A stretch of 37,932 nt of DNA, taken from the IMG/VR virus record IMGVR_UViG_3300032241_000856; one strand, 5' to 3'. Positions 27,278 through 35,401 of the stretch are shown here, piece after piece. Made by a program: the position numbers and the translations under genes. The DNA is from an uncultured virus (IMG/VR IMGVR_UViG_3300032241_000856) (Duplodnaviria; Heunggongvirae; Uroviricota; Caudoviricetes). The notes under the pieces are model-generated. The model ran no database searches, was not told the DNA's origin, and saw only the letters and a list, made by a program, of their open reading frames with translations. The stretch's first letter is position 1. Every line of letters starts with the position of its first letter.

Positions 27278-30200
27278 TTAGCCGCCGTGACCACCAAAAA
27301 TTAAAGAATAGGTAAACGCCAAATCTTCAATTTCACTTTCGCTGGCTGCGCCTGATGTTCCTACAGCTGGGATCCAAGTGTTGGATGCTGTAGTATAAAC
27401 TTCCATATAGTTCAACTCGCTATTATATCGAGTCATTCCATTTTCCGGAGTAGGATTTCGAGAAGCTGTATTTCCATAAGCTAATACAACTGCTCCTGTG
27501 CCTGCAAATTTAACATATCCGTTACCATTTGTTTGTAAAGTAAATGCTGTGTTATTTGGATTTGTAATATAATTTTCAATAAATCCTACGTTGTTTATTA
27601 GAGTATTTCCACCTGTAGTTATTGTAGAATAAGGATAAGGAGTATATGAACTCCAAGTAACTGTTCCATTATTTGTTATTGTAAAATTATTTGAACTACT
27701 ATCTACTAATAATAATACACTAGTAGACATATCCATCATTAGTGCAGTTCCACTAACGGCACTTAACGGAGCACTTGGCGGAGTAAACGCTGATTGATAT
27801 ATTGCCGTTCCCGGAGTTATTCTTAAATTAGACACGTAACCAACAAAATGAGTTACTCCGCTACCAGCATCCCTGGAACCTACGCTAAACGGTGCTCCTG
27901 TTCCTACATTTTGTGTGCCATTATAAGTTGCAGTTCCTACCATAGCACCGTCAACATAGACTTCAATAGCGTTAACAGATCTTACGGCAGCAATATGATG
28001 CCATCCGTTTGCACTAGGAGATGTAAAAAATATAGGATTGTTAGAACTTCCAGCTGAATTTCTTGTAACCCAAGCTAACTCTGTAGAACTAAATGCATAT
28101 AGCATATATTCAAGACCATATGTGTCATCCCAGATTCCGAATATACATTCTCCGGCGGTTGGAATTGAAGTATAATAGACCCAACATTCAGCAGTATACG
28201 ATCCTGTTCCTAGGCTTAAAGCACTTGTTCCGCTAGTAATAGACAAATAATTCCCGCCGTTAAATTGTGCGCTTCCTGAATAAGGAGTTGTAACACTTAC
28301 TGGAGAAATGTATAAGTTGTTAGATCCTAAAGGATTAATAGTATTTCCAGACAGCGCAATATTTCCGATATTCCATGTAGTTGCTGTAAAGGCAGAGCTG
28401 GTTAAATTAGCTCTAACAGTTCCATTAGTTGCAAATCTTATGGTATTATCTGCTGTTCCAGGAGTGAGCTCTGGAGTAATATATGTTTGATAATTCTGAC
28501 TGTATAAATTAAAAAAGTTAACATACCCAGTAGATGCATACCCTTCGATATTATTATTTGTGGTATTATATCTAATCTGTCCATTTGTAGATAATACAAG
28601 ATTAGAATCATTTCCGTTAGGCAATTCTAAAGATCTTACAGAATTTATTCTAACATTTCCAGTGCCCGTTGGAGTTAAAACAATATCTTTATGGCCAGAT
28701 GGTCCAATGTTTGTAATTGAATTATTATAAAATTTTAAGTATTCAATATTAACTGCCGGAGTTCCACCGTTACCTGCTAAAGGAATTAGTTGTAAATCTG
28801 TATTTGCAGAAGTTATAGATATATTATTATATTGTAACTTAAAATTAGGAACTTGTAGATACGAACTTGCTCCAGTTATTTGAATATTATTGTTTGCAAA
28901 TAAACCAGTAATGTAAGCATTGCTAGCGCCAGTTTGATTAAAATCGCCAGTTTGAGTAACTGCTTTTACACTAGTATTTTTTAATGTAGAAGATCCATTA
29001 ATTGTGAGATTATTGTTAACGGTTAAGTTTTGTGATGCTTGAACATTTTGATAAATGTGAACTTTCCCAGTTCCGTTAGCTTGTAATTTTAAATCAGTAT
29101 TAGTGGTTAAGGTAGTTATTGTATTGTTAGATATCTGTATTGAACCATTATCTAACAAATCATTGTATAGAGTTTCCCAACGTTTACTACTTGATCCCAG
29201 TGTGTAAGTCGAAGTTGTTCCGGGACTTACTGTTTGAGGAATAGTGGCATTAAATGAAATTGAATTTGATGAACTTGCACCTAATACTACACTACCTGTT
29301 AAGTTAGCATTGCCAGTAACAGTGAAAAATAATCCATTAACAGTTGTATTACTGTTTAAAGTTGTTGTAGTTGAAGATGCTAAAAAATCAACATCACCGT
29401 TAGTAGAAGATATTGTATTACCTGATATAACAAGATTACCAGTAGCTATTTCATTGGTATTAATTGTTGTAGTGCTAGTTGGACCAATTAATGTGATGTA
29501 TCCGCCGGCTGTAATATTAATACTTTGAGCATTAAACGTAACTTGTCCAGTAGATTCGTTTACTTCAAAAATTTGACCTACTCTAAAATTACCCGACTGG
29601 TCAGTGCTTTCCCAGTAGACAACGCCGCCGTTTAATTGTATAACTTCATTGGCTTGTATTGCTTTAGACGGATCATTTAAGAAATCAGCATTGGTTCCTA
29701 TATAAGCAAAATTATGTCCTATTAGATAAGCAAGTGTGTTAGCACCGTCGGCAATAACACCATACGTTCCATATATGTTAGCACTATTAATAACACGAAC
29801 TTCTGCACCAAATACAGTTCCTTGATTATATCTACCGGCTGTGCCATTGATAAGATGTAATCCCTTACTGGCAAAGTAACTAAAACCATTTAGCCATTCT
29901 AATCTTACACCATTTGTAGCAATAATAGCTTCGGCGCCAGGAGTAATTAAGGTAACTGAAAAACACAATAGAGTTGGAATTTGTGAGCTAGACGAACTGG
30001 CTACACTGCCATCAATCAATAATCCTCGACCAGCATCACCTTGATTGAATCCTCTAGGATCAGATCCGCTAGTTACTGAACCTTTGGTAAGAACTGTGAT
30101 ATTTTGTATGTAAGGACTGCGAAAATTAGTATGGAATCCATTGGCAAATCTAAAAGCATAACCTGTATCGGCTGTGCTGTTGTAATAAAAATTTTGAACA

Positions 30201-31180
30201 GTTAAAAATTCAACTGTGGTATCACCATTAAGTAAGAAAGCATCATTGCTCTGTGTTCCAACAGTAGGTTGTATAATAGTAGCACGGATACCGGTTCCTT
30301 TAAGGCTTACTCCTTGCGGAATAGTTAAGGGAAATACTTCAGTGTAGGTTCCTGGAAAGATAACAATTTCAGTGCCACTAGTAGCAACACTTAGTGCTTT
30401 GGCAATAGTTCTGTAAGTCGAGTGAAGGTGCGTTCCAATATTTGTGTCAATACCATTTACACTAACATAGATTGTGTTTGATGGAGTAAAAAATAAATTT
30501 ATACCATTAACAGTGATATTTGAAGTGTTAATGTTGTTAGTAGCTTTGACATTTACTGAATATAAATTATTCCAATTTAAACTACCGCTACCTAAATTAT
30601 CAGCATTATTTGAATTTGGTAAGATATTACTGTTAATTTCTGCGGTAAAATTAACTGTGTCAGTTGGAGCATTACCAAGTGTAATATTACCGTCCCAAGT
30701 GATGTTTCCCGTGGCATGTAGGTTGCCTGGATCAGTTCCATTACCTTGAATATTAACTTGTGTTGTAGTAAAAACTACTTGACCGCCAGTAACCGGAGAC
30801 AAATTAATATTGTCATTGGTAACATAATTTTTAATTAACTGATTGCTAATGCTAAGATTAGCAGTTTCCAAATTCGTAGTAAGAATTTGAGGATTACTGG
30901 CTTGATTAGGCTGTAGATATATTGTTCCAATGGTATTCTGGATTGTGTTTCCAGAAATAGTATAATTGGGAAACGTCGAAGTTGACGTTGTTATAAAGTT
31001 TACAGATTGTATTGTGTTGGGTGCATTTAGATCAGCAACCGGTCCATTGGTGTTTATACCAATGCGTTGATTAGTAACGTCAAAGTATAATAATTGAGTT
31101 TCAAAAGCAAGGTCAGTGCCATTGCGTAGGAGGTTATCAGCAAGTGCGCCACCGCTGATTCTACCCATTTCTATGCCCAT
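27278..31180 (-). CDS. 1300-aa fibre protein, paralog of the 1339-aa protein, with the LamG/ConA-like domain near the C-terminus
   Basis: GRISGGALADNLLRNGTDLAFET vs GRITGPLLKANLLRNGVNLAFET; shared GSVTSGSDPxGFNQGDAG; YTAECWVY...WHHIAAVR...GYVSNLRI; AAGGAGG RBS. Confidence 0.8.
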   Translation of the reverse strand: MGIEMGRISGGALADNLLRNGTDLAFETQLLYFDVTNQRIGINTNGPVADLNAPNTIQSVNFITTSTSTFPNYTISGNTIQNTIGTIYLQPNQASNPQILTTNLETANLSISNQLIKNYVTNDNINLSPVTGGQVVFTTTQVNIQGNGTDPGNLHATGNITWDGNITLGNAPTDTVNFTAEINSNILPNSNNADNLGSGSLNWNNLYSVNVKATNNINTSNITVNGINLFFTPSNTIYVSVNGIDTNIGTHLHSTYRTIAKALSVATSGTEIVIFPGTYTEVFPLTIPQGVSLKGTGIRATIIQPTVGTQSNDAFLLNGDTTVEFLTVQNFYYNSTADTGYAFRFANGFHTNFRSPYIQNITVLTKGSVTSGSDPRGFNQGDAGRGLLIDGSVASSSSSQIPTLLCFSVTLITPGAEAIIATNGVRLEWLNGFSYFASKGLHLINGTAGRYNQGTVFGAEVRVINSANIYGTYGVIADGANTLAYLIGHNFAYIGTNADFLNDPSKAIQANEVIQLNGGVVYWESTDQSGNFRVGQIFEVNESTGQVTFNAQSINITAGGYITLIGPTSTTTINTNEIATGNLVISGNTISSTNGDVDFLASSTTTTLNSNTTVNGLFFTVTGNANLTGSVVLGASSSNSISFNATIPQTVSPGTTSTYTLGSSSKRWETLYNDLLDNGSIQISNNTITTLTTNTDLKLQANGTGKVHIYQNVQASQNLTVNNNLTINGSSTLKNTSVKAVTQTGDFNQTGASNAYITGLFANNNIQITGASSYLQVPNFKLQYNNISITSANTDLQLIPLAGNGGTPAVNIEYLKFYNNSITNIGPSGHKDIVLTPTGTGNVRINSVRSLELPNGNDSNLVLSTNGQIRYNTTNNNIEGYASTGYVNFFNLYSQNYQTYITPELTPGTADNTIRFATNGTVRANLTSSAFTATTWNIGNIALSGNTINPLGSNNLYISPVSVTTPYSGSAQFNGGNYLSITSGTSALSLGTGSYTAECWVYYTSIPTAGECIFGIWDDTYGLEYMLYAFSSTELAWVTRNSAGSSNNPIFFTSPSANGWHHIAAVRSVNAIEVYVDGAMVGTATYNGTQNVGTGAPFSVGSRDAGSGVTHFVGYVSNLRITPGTAIYQSAFTPPSAPLSAVSGTALMMDMSTSVLLLVDSSSNNFTITNNGTVTWSSYTPYPYSTITTGGNTLINNVGFIENYITNPNNTAFTLQTNGNGYVKFAGTGAVVLAYGNTASRNPTPENGMTRYNSELNYMEVYTTASNTWIPAVGTSGAASESEIEDLAFTYSLIFGGHGG

Positions 31181-31195
31181 GATAGAACCTCCTTG

Positions 31196-32254
31196 TTATT
31201 GATCAAACCCAAATAGTGCTGTAACTGTTTTACCGTATGGAGGTGGACTGCTAAAGAACAACCAGTATGATCCATCTGAAATTGTTCTACTATTTTCTGT
31301 AATAGTTATGTTAGTGTTAGCTGGAATAGAACCTGTTACTGTTGCCTTGCTTAGAGTAATACTAGTCAATGCACCTGTATACGGATCAGTTGTGTATGAA
31401 CTTACTAGTGTGCTTGATTGTAAATATGAACTGCCAGTAACTGTTGCTCCAGTAATATTAACTGCTGGAAAAATAGCATTGGTGCTGGTTACATTTCCAA
31501 TAACCGAAGCAGAAATGCCAGGTGCTGAACCTGCTGTATAAACTACAGTAGTAGCTGTGCTGGAAGTAACTGTATACGTTCCATTGTAGGCTGTAGGAGT
31601 AAATCCTGTTACTACAATGCTTGATCCTGCGGCAAACGGAGTTATGTTTGGCTGTGCCGGAAAAGTAACTGTAATCGTTGTTCCTGATGCAGTTGCTGAA
31701 CTAGCGTTGATACTTCCGTTAAAATATAATATTGTAGATGTTGCTCCGGCAATGGCATTTGTATAAGCGTTGTATGTTTCAGAACCTACTGTTGGATTTT
31801 GAACCACAGTATAGTTTGTTCCGCTAATTTGCATTACGTTCTCAACTAGAACAATAATATTTTGTCCGCCATATGAAGAAATGTCACTGGAACTAGGTGA
31901 AGAATAAGCAGATATTGATCCAGCTGATGAAGCATTGTAAGCCGAACTTAGCGGACCAAAGTAAACAGTTGTGTTATCGCCTGCACCTAAACTTTGTTGT
32001 GTAATCTGAGTAGCTTCTTTAAATCTAATAGCTCGCCAAGCGGCACTACTACCTTGATATGCTTCTAATTCATGAGTAGTTGTGTTGTATCTAATCATGC
32101 CTTCAGTTGGTGCTACTGGTCTTTGTGAAGTTGATCCTTTTGGAACTAGAACATTATTTGATGTGTTCATCACAACACTACTAGTCATGTCAACATAAAA
32201 ACGTTGATCATAAGGAGCTCGTCGATTAAGTGTTTGCTGAACTAGATATCTCAT
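31196..32254 (-). CDS. 352-aa virion structural protein with a fibre knob motif and an inserted beta module
   Basis: VPKGSTSQRP...GMIRYNTTTHELEAY is shared with the 1300 and 1339-aa proteins; PFAAGSSIVVTG...YNGTYTVT is shared with the N-terminal region of the 3637-aa protein. Confidence 0.7.
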   Translation of the reverse strand: MRYLVQQTLNRRAPYDQRFYVDMTSSVVMNTSNNVLVPKGSTSQRPVAPTEGMIRYNTTTHELEAYQGSSAAWRAIRFKEATQITQQSLGAGDNTTVYFGPLSSAYNASSAGSISAYSSPSSSDISSYGGQNIIVLVENVMQISGTNYTVVQNPTVGSETYNAYTNAIAGATSTILYFNGSINASSATASGTTITVTFPAQPNITPFAAGSSIVVTGFTPTAYNGTYTVTSSTATTVVYTAGSAPGISASVIGNVTSTNAIFPAVNITGATVTGSSYLQSSTLVSSYTTDPYTGALTSITLSKATVTGSIPANTNITITENSRTISDGSYWLFFSSPPPYGKTVTALFGFDQ

Positions 32255-32256
32255 TA

Positions 32257-32589
32257 TTAAACCGCCAATGTGCTTACAGTTGCTACTAGATTGCTAGCAG
32301 AATCAGTCTTAGCATAGATAGCATCGCCATTTGCTAGGACCATTTTTTCTTGATCAAAACTTACAGTCTCTCCAGCTGGGATTGGTAAACCATTTACAAT
32401 AAGAGTTGATGTGCCTGCTGAACCACCATTGGGCACAGCATACATATACAGTAAAGATTGGTTAGCTGTAGGAGAACTTGGATTATACGCTGAAGTATTA
32501 CATACAATAATAGTAGTAATAGCATTGTTACCACTGCTGGTATAAATTGCTTGACTACTACTTGTTAATGATGTGTTTGAAAGTGCCAT
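32257..32589 (-). CDS. Small ~110-aa virion protein (putative fibre adaptor)
   Basis: MALSNTSL...QAIYTS...ITTIIVCN...IPAGETV...EKMVL.NGD.I; paralog of the 107-aa and 114-aa ORFs; TAAGGA RBS. Confidence 0.75.
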   Translation of the reverse strand: MALSNTSLTSSSQAIYTSSGNNAITTIIVCNTSAYNPSSPTANQSLLYMYAVPNGGSAGTSTLIVNGLPIPAGETVSFDQEKMVLANGDAIYAKTDSASNLVATVSTLAV

Positions 32590-32598
32590 GTCTGTTCC

Positions 32599-33603
32599 TT
32601 AAAATAATATGCTGAATAGTAGTGCTCTATTCTTTGCTACAAGTTCATCACTGGTAATCTGATTGGTAAAGAAAAGACCAGTTCTTCCTGGCGTTTGTGC
32701 TAGTGTTACTTGACTTGATCTAGAATAAATTTGAGTCTTGCCATTGACTGATGTATAGTTAGTTGATTGATCATCTAGATTCAATACAGCATTGATTTCA
32801 ACAGCATTATTTACAGCACTTAATACTAGATTGTTTGATAAACTGGTATTACTAATTGTATTAGTGTAGACATTAATATTGTCTACATTTAATCCAGTTG
32901 AGTTAATTGTTGCTCTTAAATTCTGAGCAATTGAAAAATTTAGACTTGTTGAATTTGCTAATATTGCCGAATTGGCAGTTGATACTGTTGCAGTTAATGG
33001 AGAAAATAATCTATCAACAATAGCTACGCCTTGACCGCTTGTTCCCGGAACATAAGTTGAAGCCACATAGTATTGTAAATATTGTAAATTAGGAATATCG
33101 TTTGCATTGGCAACACGAAGATAATAATTAGTAGAATTAGCAATGGTTACAATACCATTACCACTTTGCATATCTAAGACAAAATTTGTTCCGGCATTAC
33201 CTGCAAGCACACCAACTTGCAAGCCTGAAAGTGTTCCGTCAGCAGTTTTCATAACAAACGTTCCATTAACGTTTGAACTTGTTACGGGATTATAATGTGA
33301 AACTGAATCGTTAAAAACAAACTGTGCCGGGCTGTATGCGCCACGTTCAATTTCAATACCTGATTGATAACCTAAAGCACTACTGATACCGTTACCAGTA
33401 GCTCCATAGTTTAGTTGCAAAATATTATCTGCAACTGTAGTATTAGTTGACTCGATAGTTGTTGTAACACCTTTAACGTCAAGGTTGCCAGTGATAGTTA
33501 CTGTTCCACCCGACGCAGCCGTGCCAACGTCTAAGGTAATGTTACCACCGTTTTGAACTATTAATCTGTAGTTACTTTGACTAACGCTTACTATTTTTGT
33601 CAT
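32599..33603 (-). CDS. 334-aa fibre-like structural protein
   Basis: VTITGNLDVKGVTTTIESTNTTVADNILQLN...SGIEIERG is a common phage fibre motif; hydrophobic C-terminus RALLFSILF. Confidence 0.7.
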   Translation of the reverse strand: MTKIVSVSQSNYRLIVQNGGNITLDVGTAASGGTVTITGNLDVKGVTTTIESTNTTVADNILQLNYGATGNGISSALGYQSGIEIERGAYSPAQFVFNDSVSHYNPVTSSNVNGTFVMKTADGTLSGLQVGVLAGNAGTNFVLDMQSGNGIVTIANSTNYYLRVANANDIPNLQYLQYYVASTYVPGTSGQGVAIVDRLFSPLTATVSTANSAILANSTSLNFSIAQNLRATINSTGLNVDNINVYTNTISNTSLSNNLVLSAVNNAVEINAVLNLDDQSTNYTSVNGKTQIYSRSSQVTLAQTPGRTGLFFTNQITSDELVAKNRALLFSILF

Positions 33604-33615
33604 TTAAAATCCTAG

Positions 33616-33635
33616 TAGGGGACCGAAGTCCCCTA
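33616..33635 (-). other. C(UUCG)G hairpin without a U-tract, between the 535-aa and 334-aa genes
   Basis: UAGGGGAC-UUCG-GUCCCCUA, an 8-bp stem, followed by CUAGGAUUUUAAAUG rather than by poly-U. Confidence 0.7.
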
Positions 33636-33641
33636 GTTTGA

Positions 33642-35249
33642 TTAAGCGTTTTCTATTTGAACGCTAACGTTTGCAGTTGGAGTTCCAAATGTCCATGGCA
33701 CTACTTGTGAGTAGCCACCAACTAATGGAAATTGTGTTCCTGCACTTGAGCTTAAACGACTGATTGCTTTTGGAACTAACACAGCTTTACGTGCTGTTAG
33801 TTTTTTAACTAGGTATGTTCCGCCGGCTGAGTCGATAGCAACAATGTTCATCTCAACACCTTCTTGAGCTGTCCAGTTTAATGTGCCATCTGCTACTGCA
33901 TCGCTACGTAGTCGAGCAATTACGTAACCGTGGTCAAACTGATCAAGATTAAATGTAGCACCTGTTGTTGATCCATTTGAAACTACTATTGGTCTTACAC
34001 CAGCGTATGCATCACCCAGTGTTTGATACAAGGTTGCTGTTGTTGCTGTTACAGGAGCACCAATCCAATAATACTTATCAGCTGTAAGAGCTGTGCCGTT
34101 TAAGGTCATTGTTCCAGTAATGTTAGTTCCGCTAATAGTAACTTTAGTTCCAACTGGTAGTGCAGTTGTAGTTGAAGTAAAACTAATTGTTGTTGCAGAA
34201 TTATAAGCAACTGAACTTAAAGTGTATAGATAGTTAACTTTGTAACGATAAGTTGACATTTGTTTACGGATATCAACTTCTTGCAATGAACTGTTGATGT
34301 AAGCATAAGCAATAATTGCATTGTCACGATTAGCCAATGATCCAGGAGTTGCTGAAGTGTTGTCAGCTAGAGCAACAATAGTTGCTGCCGCGGCTGAACC
34401 TGAACCTGTAAATGTAACTGCTGTTGTTTGAGCGGCATCGCTAACTGCATAACCGTCACCAGCTACTGATAGTGTAGTTCCATTAACACCAAAGTTTGCA
34501 CTTGTAACTGTAATAGTTTGACCAGCACCCTGACCAGCTGAATCTGTAATTGCTAATGCGCCAGTAACAGTTGATATTGCTGATTGTAAGAATGTGCCAC
34601 CAGATACTAGTGCTAAACTAGCAATACTGTTATAGTTACCACCTAACACACCGGTAGCTGTTACAGAACCAGTTGTGCTGAATGTTGTTGGAACTGGAGT
34701 TCCAGCGATTGCGTTTGCATATGAGCTAGCAACTGTAATAGAAGTTACGCTAGTTCCGCCAACTGCAACATAATATGTTCCGCTTGGCAATGTTGTGCCG
34801 CCAACTGTTGTTGTGATAACAAAATCTTGTCCAACTATATAGTTGCCTGATGCAACTGTAATAACACCGGCTGTGTTAGTAACTGCTGTAACTGCAACAC
34901 CTGATGTAGCACTTGTTAATGTTGGCGTAAATGTAATTGTTCCACCGCCAGCAGTAACTGATAATACTCCAGTTCCTTTACCATAAGCCTTTGTAGCTGT
35001 GCCAGTAACTGAAGCATTGTTTACGTATGTAAATGTTGGAGTTCCAACTGCTGTAACACCATTAGCAATTAATGGTGTTGGAAATGTCATTGTTAATGCT
35101 TGAGCTTGTGCATTTGTATAAACACCAGCTGTTCCAACTGTGATTCCAGATAATTCTGCACCACCATTTCTAGCATCAACTGCAAGATCATTGCCGTCTA
35201 AGCCGACATTACGCCAGCCAAAATATTTGTGATTTAAAGGACGTCCCAT
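33642..35249 (-). CDS. 535-aa Ala/Thr/Gly-rich structural protein immediately downstream of the capsid gene (possible head decoration or fibre base)
   Basis: ORF with AAGGAGA RBS and its own late-promoter motif. Charged termini (MGRPLNHKYFG; YLVKKLTARKAVL) flank low-charge beta modules. Confidence 0.65.
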   Translation of the reverse strand: MGRPLNHKYFGWRNVGLDGNDLAVDARNGGAELSGITVGTAGVYTNAQAQALTMTFPTPLIANGVTAVGTPTFTYVNNASVTGTATKAYGKGTGVLSVTAGGGTITFTPTLTSATSGVAVTAVTNTAGVITVASGNYIVGQDFVITTTVGGTTLPSGTYYVAVGGTSVTSITVASSYANAIAGTPVPTTFSTTGSVTATGVLGGNYNSIASLALVSGGTFLQSAISTVTGALAITDSAGQGAGQTITVTSANFGVNGTTLSVAGDGYAVSDAAQTTAVTFTGSGSAAAATIVALADNTSATPGSLANRDNAIIAYAYINSSLQEVDIRKQMSTYRYKVNYLYTLSSVAYNSATTISFTSTTTALPVGTKVTISGTNITGTMTLNGTALTADKYYWIGAPVTATTATLYQTLGDAYAGVRPIVVSNGSTTGATFNLDQFDHGYVIARLRSDAVADGTLNWTAQEGVEMNIVAIDSAGGTYLVKKLTARKAVLVPKAISRLSSSAGTQFPLVGGYSQVVPWTFGTPTANVSVQIENA

Positions 35250-35336
35250 TTATTTCTCCTTAAGAAAAAGCGGCGTTCTAGGCCGATACGCGGTTGGATT
35301 TCCGCATAAAACTTACACCATGTAAGTCATACAATG
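35250..35336 (-). promoter_or_regulatory. Structured 5' leader (three hairpins plus U-tract) of the 535-aa gene
   Basis: GACUUACA-UGG-UGUAAGUU (35310-35328), UAUGCGG-AAAUCCAA-CCGCGUA (35287-35308), CGGC-CUAGAAC-GCCG (35271-35285), then CUUUUUCUU and AAGGAGA. Confidence 0.55.
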
Positions 35337-35344
35337 TATTTAGT
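35337..35344 (-). promoter_or_regulatory. Putative late promoter variant ACTAAATA
   Basis: Directly after the gp23 terminator; contains the TAAATA core. Confidence 0.6.
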
Positions 35345-35352
35345 CGCAAATG

Positions 35353-35376
35353 AAAAAGGGCTCCGAAGAGCCCTTT
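35353..35376 (-). terminator. Rho-independent terminator after the major capsid gene
   Basis: AAAGGGCUC-UUCG-GAGCCCUUUUU with a C(UUCG)G tetraloop, about 25 nt after the stop codon. Confidence 0.9.
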
Positions 35377-35401
35377 ATTCTGTTTACAATAAAGTAAAAG
35401 A

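Noticed and set aside
35271..35290. GTTCTAG loop on the + strand resembling the preQ1-I riboswitch loop
   Set aside because: It is on the wrong strand for the genes, the loop is too short, and there is no downstream A-rich tail.
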